A stretch of DNA of 64,000 nucleotides from Azolla caroliniana (taxonomy: Eukaryota; Plantae; Polypodiophyta). The stretch spans positions 14,012,001 to 14,076,000 of the forward strand of contig JBHGNT010000017.1 in assembly GCA_043228905.1 (NCBI GenBank). The letters run 5' to 3'. The translations under genes and the position numbers were made by a program. Below the pieces are notes generated by a model. It was not told where the DNA came from. It was given only the letters and a program-made list of their open reading frames with translations, and made no database searches. This document shows, piece after piece, positions 40,090 to 52,511 of this stretch. Each line of letters begins with the position of its first letter. Positions within the stretch are counted from its first letter, which is position 1.

Positions 40090-42940
40090 CACTTATGAAC
40101 AACACAAGATGGGGGATGAGTAAGTATATTAAATTAGCTTCAACATCATCAAATCCAAAAATACCCATAATGAGGTATATATACATCTCATGTGCAAAGG
40201 TGCACATGTGTGAGTGAAATATAGGTACTAACGTGTAAATCCTATATTAAATGTACTTAGGAGTGGAGGATCTAGAATATCCCACTACAAAGTACAAGGT
40301 CCTATTTAAGGCGTTATAGTCAACACTTCTAACTAGATTCTATTTAGGTAACTACAAAGTTACATGGTTGACTAACTAACTAAACTAAGTTGAGCTTGAT
40401 CTCTCAACATGCCCCCTCAAGCTCAAGTGCAAGGCGTCCAACATCCTCTTTGGCTTTCGTCGGCTTCGTGTGCTTCCGTCCGGCCTTCCGCTTTCTTCGT
40501 CGTGGAAATCTCGGTTCCTGCCCCTCAAGCCGGTGATGAAGGCTTGTAGCATGTGGGTGAAGGTTGACTACTTCCACCCATCATTGGTTACAAGCCACTT
40601 CGGTGGAGCTCTTGGGCTCTTGTTCGGCCGCTACGTTCATCGCAAAGGCGTAATGATGGGCCATATACTCGTTGTAGCCGAGCCGAGTGACAGGATTCTT
40701 CTCTCTAGAAGAGCGTCGAAGTTTTTCGCTCACCGATGTGAGCGCCTTCTTTACTACGGGTGTACGCATGATGGGTACACCAAACTCACTTTCTAGTAAG
40801 GGAGCCGATCCATCGGAATCATTATCGTCAAGGCGGTCGACTTCGTATTCGGGCATCTTACCTTTGCCTTTGTCCAAGTTCGTACTTGGCCGCGACATGC
40901 TTGGGTCACATGGGGGGCTCTTTTGGCCCACTAGGCTTTGCCGTAATTGGACTTTCTTCAAACATGTGTTCAAAGTGATCTTCATCCTCTACCTCTTGTT
41001 CGGCTGATTCCGGGTCGAGTAGAGTCGGAGTCATAGTTGTCTCTGGTGCATACCAAGATGCGGACTCGTCAAAGACTACATCTCGACATACCCGAACCGC
41101 TCGGGTAGAAGGGTTGTAGCACTGGTATGCTTTCTCCTCAGACGAGTATCCTATGAGGAGACATTCCTCCGACTTCGCGTTGGGCATTTGTCGTTGTTCG
41201 TTCGGGATGCGTACATTCGCAATGCTTCCGAACACCTTGAGGTGCGACAGGATCGACTTCCTTCCAACGAGGAGCTCGTATGGAGTTAGCTCATGCACTC
41301 CATTAGTGGTGCATCGATTCATGAGATAGACGTCCGTGGATGCCGCTTCGGCCCAATAGAAAGTCAGCATATGTTTCTCATGCATCATGGCGCGTGCTAC
41401 CTCAAGTATTTGTCGATTCTTCCTTTCGGCTACTCCATTTGGTTGGGGTTTGTGTCGGCACGAGAATTCTCTCTGAATTCCTTCACTTTGGAGGTAGGAG
41501 GTGAATTCATCGAAGAAGTACTCCTTGCCTCCATCCGATCGTAGGCATCGAATGTGCCGACCGGTTTCTTTTTCAACTTGCCCCTTGAGCTTTTGGAAGT
41601 GGGAGAGCACTTCACTTTTCTTCTTCATTGGGTAGATCCACACGTAGCGCGAGTAGTCGTCGATGAAGGTTACGTAGTATCGGCATCCGTCGATCGTCGG
41701 TGTTTGAGCCGGTCCCCATACATCCGAGTGTATGACGTCGAGGAGGCATTTGCTTGCGTGGATCTCCTTCGGGAATGGGAGTCGATGTTGTTTGCCGAGT
41801 TGACATGCTTTGCATACTCGGTCGACTCGAATGTCGGAAGTCCGATGACGACTCCCTTGGTTTGCGTCACTCGAAGCCGTTGGAGGTTTATGTGGCCGAT
41901 TCTCTTGTGCCACAACTCAATGCTTGTCTCGGTTTTGAGACCTTTGGTGTACATTGCTGATTTCAAGGATGAACATTCGGCCGTCTCTCCGCTCCTTAGC
42001 TATGAGTCAGCCATCTTTCTCAATGAAACAACCTTCGTTGTTGAAGCGGACTTGCATGCCTTGCTCCACGATTTGGCCGACCGAGACCAAATTATTCGTT
42101 ATTGTGGGCACATGCAAGACATTCTTGATGCAAGTTTGCTCGCCTTCTTTCCCGAATGGGACATTGCCGATGTGCCGAATGGGGTGTGTGGTGTCGTCTC
42201 CCGTCTCTATGAAGCTAGTCGATCCGGCGTTCGTAAATCGCGAAACCACTCTTCGTGAGATGTCACGTGATGTGAGGCACCGGAGTCGACGAACCACACG
42301 TCTTCTGAGTTGGAGGTGCTTGCGGAGTTGGAGGCCGACATAGAGTTCGTTCTATGCCTCATTATGAATAGTCCGCCGTAATCATCGTATTCGGAGTTGA
42401 CAACGTAATTCGTGTGTTGTCGACTTGTGGAAGCTGACTTGCTTCTTCTTTTTCGGCATTCCTCCTCGAGGTGACCGATTTTGCCGCAATAGTTACAAGT
42501 TGCGGGCCTCGTTTGCCGACCATGTTCAGCGTGGAAGCTCCCCCTTCTTCCGAAGGTTCCTCAATGGTTTCCGTGAAGGTTTGAGTTCGATTCGTGTGAT
42601 GGGTCGAATTGACCTCTTCTACTGCTGTGACCTCCTCCTCGGCCACCATCCAAATTTGAGAAGAACATTTGTCCTTCCGACGTCTTGCTTTTGGTTCGGA
42701 CGTGGTTCTCTTCGACCAATAGCATTGATTGGAGGTCGAAGAATGAAGGAGGGTTTTCTGTCGCCAAGATTGTCGTTCGTAATGGATCAAATCGTTGTGC
42801 GAGGCCGCCCAAGCATACTTGAACCATCTCATCTTCATCGACGTGTATGTTGATGGTGCCAAGTGAGTCACAAATGCTCTTGATCTTGGCCGTGTAGTCC
42901 GACATGAACATATCTTCTTCAGGTTGCTCAAGATGAGCTT
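39920..42940 (-). mobile_element. Copia derivative: gag-PR-integrase, RT/RNase H deleted, 3' LTR 39920-40409
   Basis: Minus ORFs 42561-42911 (gag), 42007-42297 and 40906-41913 (integrase); PPT reverse complement GCCCCCTCAA beside the LTR; integrase is about 45-60% similar by eye to the 6788 element. Confidence 0.88.
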
Positions 42941-43468
42941 AATACCGAGGGGCCACTGGATTTCGAGCGGGAAATATAGCTACAGACGGAGATTCAGGTT
43001 ATTACAATGAACCTAGACCTTTTAGGGGTCAATCCTGTCACTGATAACAATGTTCCAAACCTCCAAGTAAGTTAGTGATTCTTGTTTCTTCTTGCTCATT
43101 CTTCCTCATTCTAGGAATGATAATTCGGTAAAATTTTTAGTTGCGTGCTAGGAACAATACACAAATCAAGAACATGTAGTTAGATGCCTTAAGAAGCAAC
43201 TAGAATTTGTGGAGGGGATGGTAAGGTGTAGACAAGAATTCGACCTCAACATTCTTGCTCCCTTACCAAAAGTAGTAGAACTAGGCAACCATAAATTGAC
43301 TATTCAAGAATGTTGCATCACTTGCGGCTTAGCCATTGAGGACACAACTGCTACTATGTTGGTACACCTACGAGCATGCCACCATACATATCGTATCGCT
43401 TGTTTTGCATATGCCTATTGCATTGCTACAATATGTTTGGGGGATTGCAATACAACTCTCCATGATGA

Positions 43469-46400
43469 TGTTGAGGAATAGGTCCCTCCGGATGGGACCC
43501 GGATGAGAACCAGACAAGGTAGATCAGACGGGATGAAGGGAGGAACCTAACCGGATGGATCTGGAAGGTATTCGGATATCGGATCGGATGGATCCAGAAC
43601 GAGTCCGGCCAGATCCGGAATGAACCAACAAGTAGGAAGATATTTGTAAATATGTTCAGACGTGACCATTGAGGTCATATTTGTAAATAGCCCATAAGTT
43701 ATATGAGTATAAATATAACTAGGGAAAATAGTGTTAGATAGATGTTGTTATCATTATTGTTGTATATAGATACAGAGAGTGTGTGAGAGAGCGAGATAGA
43801 CACATAAAGTTTTCTGTTGTAACTGCTGGTTGGCGAAGATAGAGCTCGAGGTCATTGCCTCCAAATCTCCCATTGTACCTCTCCTTCTCATAGTGATAGT
43901 TGGAGTCTGTGGGCTCTGGTGGTTTTTCCCTATTAGGGTTTTCCACGCTAACATCCTGTGTCGTGTTGTTTCTGGTTTTTGTTTCTTCAATTGTGTGATT
44001 GAGACTCGGTTGTGACCGAGCTTTATTCCTAACAAATTGGTATCAAAGCATGGAAGATCCATTCGGCGGCATGTTCAAGCGCACTGGCTCCAACTACTCA
44101 GCGTGGAAGTCGAAGATGAGGGACATGCTCGTGGTTAAAGATCTCTAGTTGCAGGTACAATTCGGGGACAAAAGACCAGACAAGATTGATGCATCAACAT
44201 GGGAGGTGATGCATATGAAGACGACAACCTATATTCGATGCTTCATCGACATGAGCCTGTACAACAACTTCAATGAAGAGAGCAAAGCTCATGAACTCTG
44301 GGAGAAGATACGCATCATGTTTGAGAACAAGAATGCCGTAAATTGAGTCTCGGTCTTCCGAAAGTTGGTGAGACGCAGATATCAAGACGACTCCAATATG
44401 GCGGAGCACATGAATGCCTTCCAGGGGCTGATAAACCAAACAACCTCGTTGGAAGTACCCCTAGCCGACAAAGTACTCACGTTGTTGTTGCTCGGTTCCC
44501 TCCCGGATAGCTGGGAGACATTAGTTGTCACTTTGGGCAACGTAGGCTGAAAGGAAAAAATCTATCCCTAACAAGGGTAAAATCAAGCTTGCTAGATGAA
44601 GAAGCTCGCCGGAAGGACCGAGAATCTGGAACTGATCCAAAGGCCTTGGTCACAGAAGATGACCATAATTGGGGAAGAGGCCGGAATCGAAGTCCCCAGA
44701 ACCATGACAAATCGAGGATGAGGTCGAAGTCAAGGGGGAGGCCCACTTGCTTTTATTGCAGAAAGCCGGGGCACTTCCAGAAGAATTGTCGACACTTCCG
44801 GAAGGAGAAAGTAACCGACAATGCCGACTCTAAGAAGGGTCCGGACTAGAGGAGTTCGGATTGGAAAGGAACGACGGCAATTGCGACAAGTGAAGAATTG
44901 TTGCTTATCACCGAGGAGAGCGAGCTACACCTTGTAAGCGACGAAACGATGTGGGTTGTTGACTCCGGACTGTCGTTCCATCTAACCCCCGACTAGAAAT
45001 GCTTCACATCTTACACAACCGGAGATCACGGTTCTATCCGGATGGGAAATGAAGGTGCATGCCGAATTATCAGCATAGGAGACGTGTGTTTGACGAAGTC
45101 AACGGTGTCGTGCCTTTCGGCTCCAGATCGTTGCATGAGTCAGGCGGGAACCATTGAGGTTTTGGACTAGGAGAAAAGGAAAATCTAAGGCAATGAAGAA
45201 TATGAAATATGTTGTAAGAAAGAAAGATATGAAAAACTCGTGAATCCCATGAGTATAGTGTATTAGAGAGTACTAAGATTAAGAGAGAAAAAAAATAGTT
45301 AGCAAATTCGTGAATCCCACAATTATATTATATTAATCCACCTTTGTAAAATATTCAACAACCCCCCATACATCTTTCCCTCCTCCTTATATAAGGATGG
45401 AAGAGGCTAAGCATAACTTCATGCTTTTTCTAAAGTGTTCATGCACACTAAATGTGCATGAGTTGCTTTTTTACACTATGCTTTTATTTCCTAAATATAG
45501 TGCTCATGCTCGTTAGATGTGCATGAGTCATTTTTTTATTGGTGTACATTTTTCTTATAAATAAAGTATTCACGCATTCTAAAAAATGCATGACTTACCT
45601 TTTAATAAAGGTAGACGTAAATAAAGGTTTTATGCTTATTAAATCTATATTTAGAACACTTAGGATAAGTTAGTATAATGGTAAGGTTGGGGTTTGTCCA
45701 TGTGGAGGTATAGGGTTTGAATCTTGCCATATGCACATAATAAATACTTTTTAATATTTTATTTATTATACGTACTTTAAATCGGATATAGTATTTTACA
45801 TATTTCACGTAGTGTGTGATTCACACTACGACAACAGTGTGCAAGTTGCTGTTGAAAGATATACGACACATTCCGGAGGTTCGGTTGAACTTGATATCGG
45901 TCGATCGGCTAGATGATGAAGGCTACACGGGTAGCATCCGGAATGGACTCATGAAGTTTTGCAAAGGAAGCCTGATCGTAGTCCAAGCTTGGAAGATAAA
46001 CACGTTTTACCTTATGCATGCCCGGATATGCCAGGAAGAAGTGAACATGGCATCCGACAATGCCGGTGAGCTGTGGCACAAGAGGTTGTGCAACAATGAG
46101 CTAGAAGGGAATGCAGAGACATGTCGAGGACAACCACATTCTAGAAGTGAAAGACGTGCAACTTGAGATATGCATCGACTGCTTGGCCGGCAAGCAAAAC
46201 CGAACCTCCTTTCGTACATGACCGCCGATGAGACGGAATGCACTGCCGGAACTTGTGCATACCGATGTATGCCAAGTGGACACGAAGTCACACACTGGGT
46301 CGTAGCACTTTGTGACGTTCATAGACGACCACAATCGAAAGTTGTGGGTTTCACCGCTGAAGACAAAGGACCAGGTATTATCCGTCTTCAAGGAATTCCA

Positions 46401-49344
46401 CGCGAGAGTGGAAAGAGAAACCGGCCGGAAGCTGAAGGCAGTTCGAGCGGACAATGGAAGCGAATATCGGGGGCAGTTCGAGGAGTATTTCCAGTCAAAG
46501 GGAATCCGGCTCGAATTCACCATGCCGAAGACACCGGAGTTGAACGGATTGGCCAAGAAAATGAACCAGACTGTGATGGAGAGCGTCCAGAGCATGCTAG
46601 CACATGCAAAGTTGCCCAAGAAGTTTTGGGCTGAGGCACTGATGACAACAACCTATGTGATAAACAAATCACCCTCAGCATCCTTGGAAGGAGACACGCC
46701 ACAGAGAGTATGGATTGGTAAAGACGTGTCTTACTGGCATTTGAAGGTGTTCAGGTGTCTAGCTTATGTGCATGTACCAAAGGACAAGAGAGCGAAATTA
46801 GATCTGAAGGCCCGACCATACATATTTCTTGGATACGGAGATGATGAGTTCGACTACCGAGTGTGGGACTTGGTTAACAAGGTCTTCCGAAGTTGAGACA
46901 TAGTCTTCGTAGAAGACGAGACTATTGCCGACTGGGAGTCGGAGAAGAAGACAACTAACTCTGGGTCGACCGATAGAGATCGGTCAGAAGATACAAGGAC
47001 CCATCTGGACGGAAGCCGGATGACACTCGAAGAACTGGCCGGAGTTGGACAAGAAACTGAACCAACCGAAGAAGAAGATCTAGACACCGGAACCGGACAA
47101 GACCCTGAATCGGATTCGGATAAAGAACAAATGGAGGAACCGGTGGTCGAAAACCAAGGATGTACCTCTAAGAGAGAGGACCCCCCGGAGATTTTCGGAT
47201 ACAAAACATGTCTTATTGACCGACGAGGGGGAGCCGGAAAGCTTCGAAGAAGCAAAGAGAGACACCCATGGCCGCAAGTGGTTAAATGCCATGAAGGATG
47301 TGATGGATTCCTTGCATGAGAACCACACATACGAGCTGACGGAGCTTCCTAAGGGAAAGAGAGCGCTCCAGGTTAAGTGGGTGTACAAGTTGAAACCGGG
47401 AGATGCCGGAAATCCACTGAGATACAAAGCCTGGATCGTGGTGAAGGGGTTTCAACAGAAGAAAGGAGTGTATTTTGACGAGATCTTCGCCCCGGTAGTG
47501 AAGTTGATATCCATCTGGATGGTGTTGAGCATTGCCGCGAGCATGAACCTCGACGTAGAGCAACTAGACGTCAAGACGACGTTCCTACATGGCGACCTTG
47601 AAGAAGAGATCTACATGCAACACTCGGAAGGTTTGTCAAGAAAGGGAAGGAGAACCTGGTGTGCCTATTGAAGAAGAGCTTATACGGATTGAAGCAAGCC
47701 CCCTAACAATGGTACCGGAAGTTCGACTCTTTCATGACCAATTAAGGATGGCCGACCATTGCATATTCGTGAAGAAGTTTGACGGAGGTGACTTTGTGAT
47801 ACTACTATTGTATGTGGACAACATGTTGTTTATTGAACCAGACCGAATCAAAATCAGAAATCTGAAGAATGCCTTGAACCGGACCTTCTCAATCAAAGAT
47901 CTGGGTCCGGCAAGACAGATGTTGGGGATGCACATAGTCCGGGATCAGACAAAGAAGCTATTGTGGTTGTCATAGGAGAAGTATGTGACGAAGGTGCTTC
48001 AAAGGTTTAGCATGTCGAATGTTAAGCCGATCGAGTCAACACTTCCAGCAAATTACAAATTGTTTGGAAAGCAGAGTCTAAAGACAAAGGCAAAGAAGTG
48101 GGAGATGATGAAGATACCATATGCCTCTGCCATACGAAACTTAATGTACACAATGATGTGTACCCGACCGGATATCGGATATGCAGTCGGAGTGGTCAGC
48201 CGGTTCATGAGCAATCCGGGAAGGGAACACAGGACCGCGGTCAAGTGGATACTCCGGTACTTGAAAGGCACCTCGAGTATGTGCCTCCGATTCGGCTCAA
48301 GAAAACCCAAACTTGAAGGATTCACGCATTCAGATATGTCAGCTGATGTAGAAACCAACCGATCAATGTCCGGATATGTTATGACATATGCAGGGGGAGC
48401 TGTATCGTGGTAGCCAAGGCTGCAAAAGTCCGTTGCACTATCGACAATGGAAGCGGAGTACATGGCAATCCTAGAAGCAGGTAAAGAGGTAATCTGGATG
48501 AAGGACATCATTGGAGAGCTAGGGATTCGGTAGGAGGAATTCCGACTCTACTGTGATAGTCAAAGTGCCATCCACCTCGCGAAGAACGCAACCTACCACT
48601 CCCGGACCAAGCACATCTAGAGGAGATATCACTGGCTCCGAGAGAAGGTAGAAGATGAAGAGTTTTTGCTCACGAAGATCCATACAGAGGAGAACAGGTC
48701 AGACATGTTGACCAAGGTGTTGGCTGCCGACAAGCTGGACCTATGCCGGAGACTAATCGGACTGATGAGACATCCCATGCAGGAGTGAAGGGGGAGTTTG
48801 TTGAGGAACAGGTCCCTCCGGATGGGATCCGGATGAGAACCGAACGAGCCAGATCAAACGGGACGAAGGGAGGAACCGAACCGGATGGATCTGGAAGGTA
48901 TTCGGATATCGGATTGGATGGATCCGGAATGAACTAGTGAGTAGGAACATATTTACAAATGTGTTCAGACGTGACCATTGAGGTCATATTTGTAAATAGC
49001 CCATAAGTTATATGAGTATAAATATAACTAGGAAAAATAGTGTTAGATAGATATTGTTATCATTATTGTTGTATACAGATATAGAGAGAGTGAGAGAAAG
49101 AGAGACACGCACACAGAAAGTTTTCTGTTGTAACCGTCGGTTGGCGAAGATAGAGCTCGAGGTCATTGCCTCTGAGTCTCCCATTGTACCTCTCCTTCTC
49201 ATAGTGATAGTTGGAGTCTGTGGGCTCCGATGGTTTTCCCTATTAGGGTTTTCCATGTTAACATCCAATGTCGTCTTGTTTCTAGTTTCTATTTCTTCCA
49301 TTCTGTGATTGAGACTCAGTTGTGGCCAAACTCTATTCCTAACA
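43469..49344 (+). mobile_element. Full-length decayed Ty1/copia (Tnt1-like) element
   Basis: LTRs 43469-44034 and 48799-49344; PBS TGGTATCAAAGC; gag CFYCRKPGH; protease WVVDSG; integrase; RT LLLYVDNM; RNase H; PPT GAAGGGGGAG. TSD not clean. Confidence 0.93.
45106..45833 (-). mobile_element. Gypsy solo LTR (same family as 57182 and 59505), with a tRNA-like module at about 45665-45735
   Basis: TGTCG...CGACA ends; 4-bp flanks ACGG/ACAG; A-box TAGTATAATGG at 45671 and B-box GGTTTGAATCT at 45714. Confidence 0.88.
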
Positions 49345-49414
49345 ATATGATTGGGGAAAATAGACAGGTAAATTTGCTTCCTGTCTCTATAAATAGGTAA
49401 TAGGTAATAGGTGT

Positions 49415-49895
49415 CACTGCTAATTAGTTAATTTGTTGCAATAGTTAGAAAGTGGTAGGTAATTAGCTATTTCATGAAGGGTAGACGCTAATTAGTTATT
49501 GCACAACAATAGTGTAGTAGCTAATTAGATACAGTTGTAAAAACGTAGTAGCTAATTAACTAAGCAATCGCTAATTAGCTATTGCCGATCCATAGTATGG
49601 TAGCTAATTAGCTACATTAGTACAATAACGGTAGCTAATTAGCAGCTAACTAGCTACTTCGTGAAGGGTAGAAGCCAATTAGCTACCTAGCTTCATAGAA
49701 GTAGTTAAACACCTACAAAGAAGTATGGAATAGCCAGAGGGAAGTAGGTAACCTTCTACAGAGAAGTAGCTTATTAGCAAAAAAGAACACACTAAGTATG
49801 CTAAGGTTGTCGACCTAACTGGGCTAAGGAGCTAAAGAGCTAAATAGGTAGAGAGTTGGAGCATGCCAGAATTACCAACCGCTAATTAGCCGATA
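49415..49895. repeat. Dispersed array of about 12 palindromic GCTAATTAGC motifs
   Basis: Copies near 49419, 49487, 49520, 49551, 49570, 49604, 49635, 49645, 49674, 49768 and 49882. Confidence 0.8.
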
Positions 49896-51520
49896 TATGT
49901 TGTTGTAGAACCTCATGGATTAACTCACTTGCATGAGGTGTCTGGTAGAGATGACGGTGTCGTGAGGATTTTCGGCCATGGTGAGAAAACCAAGTGGGAT
50001 GGATAAAATGGGGATGTGCAACATTGCAGATGCACTTGGAAGATTTGTAAAAGAAACAAATGTAAAAAAGGAAGGGTAAATGTAAGGTGTTAAAAGTGCA
50101 CTACAAAGATTCATAAAGTGTAAATGTGATGTGCACTTATGTGCACAAGCACATGTAGACTAAAGGGAGAGTACATGAAGTACGGGTGTAGTGAGTAGTG
50201 AGTAGTGGGCATAGTGTGTGTGTGAGGAGAGGGAGTTAAGGCTCCATCAATCTCTCCTCATAAGATCAAGGCCAATTATTCCCCCATTGAAAGAAGGGGG
50301 GGTTGACCTCTTCTTTATGTAATGTGGCCTCACCCCTTACTACTATAAAAAGGAGTGAGGGGACATTTTTTAGGGGCTTCCACTTTTTGGGTTTCTTTGG
50401 GTTGCCATTAGGGTTTCGGAATTTTGGGTTTTAGGATCTTGTTTTAGGGTTTTCATTTGTCTTCTTCTTCTTCTTTTCCCCTATCCGGTTAGGGTTTACA
50501 TTCGGCCTACACGGCCACAGTTGTAATTGGTGTGGTACTTTCCATAATGTATCTTGTCTTGTTTAGATCTTATTCACTTGAACCTTAATCTCTCGCATCT
50601 TAATCTTTCTCTTTCTTCTTGGTTGAGCTCCCAAGCTTCTCTCCCTCCTCTTACTCCCTAGTCCAAGACCCTCGTGGTCCCATCCTATTCGACATGCACG
50701 CACGGATTTCCACGACAACGCAACAACCGATGAGGAGATATTTGACCATCTGGCTGAGAGTAAGAGTCGTGCTATCATATCTCCTTCAGATGAGCTTCAT
50801 CCTATTCTTTTGGAAGATTGTAGTGAATTGGGCAAGGTTGTGAAAAGTAATGAAATACTTGACCCAGTGTGTAAATCTGAGGTTCATAACAATAGTGTTT
50901 TTGAACACTTGAGGCAACATTTCTTCGACTCCTAGAACCTTGAAACAACCCCATTGAGCCTAATTGTTGATAATGTCCCACCAAATCCCACTCTTCCTAA
51001 ACAGTTAGCACAAGAAGCGGTTGACGCACAAGAAGCTGTTGAGGAGGTTAATAGGTTGTCAAAGGAGGACACACTTGCGCAATGGGTGAAAGAAGCAAGG
51101 CTAAATGGGCAACCTTCTAGAAAAAGGCTAAAGAAGCGGCCTCGATTGGGGACAAGACCAATTATTCGGTCAAGGGCTCTTAACGCTATGTTTAGTGGGA
51201 TATGATAATTAGCTATTTTCCTTATGAAAATTAATGTATATGATCTATTTGGACAAGTAAAACCATTATTGGTTGTTGCTTGATCCCCATCATGTAATGG
51301 AACTCTACAATGAATATTAAGATAATAATTTGATTTTGTTGCAAAATATTTCATGTTCATAATGTTGTTTTGTAAGACTATTAACTACTTTGTGAGTGTG
51401 AACATACTGGTGTTTTCTGATTTTGCAGAGTCTAAAGGGTTTGAATCTATTACTCCTAGGGCCAATGGCAGTGTAGAAACTGTTGATGTTGTTGCGTGTT
51501 TAGAGGGCCCCATCTTGAAA

Positions 51521-51640
51521 GGTGAGGAAATTGGGTTTCAAACCCAACTTACCACTAGAGAGGTGAGGAAATTGGGTTTCAAACCCAACTTACCACTAGA
51601 GAGGTGAGGAAATTGGGTTTCAAACCCAACTTACCACTAG
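51521..51640. repeat. Tandem repeat, 3 x 41 bp with hairpin TTGGGTTT-C-AAACCCAA
   Basis: GGTGAGGAAA at 51521, 51562 and 51603. Confidence 0.9.
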
Positions 51641-51849
51641 GGTAAGGTAATTACGAGAAAAAAAGAGAGTGAGTGAGTGATCTTTTAAGTCAAGATATTT
51701 TTGAACACCTCTACCTCGACATATGCACTAATAAGTTATAACCTCATATGCACATGATAAGACAAGGAGGGAGACCTAACACTGAGAGGTTGTGTGTCTA
51801 TTTTTTTTCCAAATAAATTCCCATTAATGTAACTTTAATTTTTAGGTCA

Positions 51850-52362
51850 AGTATTATCGATTGTTTAGTCCTAAATCTTAGAATAATTGTTAGTTTTTAT
51901 GCTTTTTAGATTCAACATAGTAATACTAGAATCTTGGCCTAACGTAGCTTGCTTTGCGCTAGATCTTTCAAGTGATGCTGTGAAATATCTATTTATTGAA
52001 CAAAGATTAATGGAACCACTAAGGAAGAAGTGGAAAGATGACAAAATTAGAATACTACATTGCAAACATCAATGCTAAATATTGGGCTCTATATAAGGCA
52101 ACAAAGCCTATTGATCATATTCAACCTTACCTCATTACGAACATGAATATTAACTCTTGTAGAGCCTTATTGAGTGTCCCACTAAAGAGAACTCCTAGAA
52201 GGTTGACCTTATATTTGCATTCCTTATTCACACATCGAGACTTGGTGCTTTGAAGTATAAATATCCCTTCTTAGGGAGACACATCAAGAAAACTTTTGTA
52301 CATTGGTCCCATGGGTCAATATTGGCCTCTCTATGGACGCTAAAACTATCTATCTATCTATG
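51850..52362 (+). mobile_element. Decayed LINE 3' end with a (CTAT)n tail
   Basis: Fragment HYIAN..IQPYLIT resembles the LINE C-terminus; the 3' hairpin GTCCCATGGGTCAATATTGGCC..GGAC is followed by (CTAT)n. Confidence 0.6.
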
Positions 52363-52467
52363 TGTAAAGAATTAGGTAAGTAATTAAGCAAGGATTAATT
52401 AGTATCTAATTATGTGATTAGTTGATAAGCGGAAGATTAAGTGATATGTGTGTGTATGTGTGTGAGA

Positions 52468-52511
<44 letters not shown>

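Noticed and set aside
41554-42853. Long antisense ORFs over copia genes (234, 129 and 142 aa)
   Set aside because: Shadow frames of GC-rich gag/integrase coding sequence.
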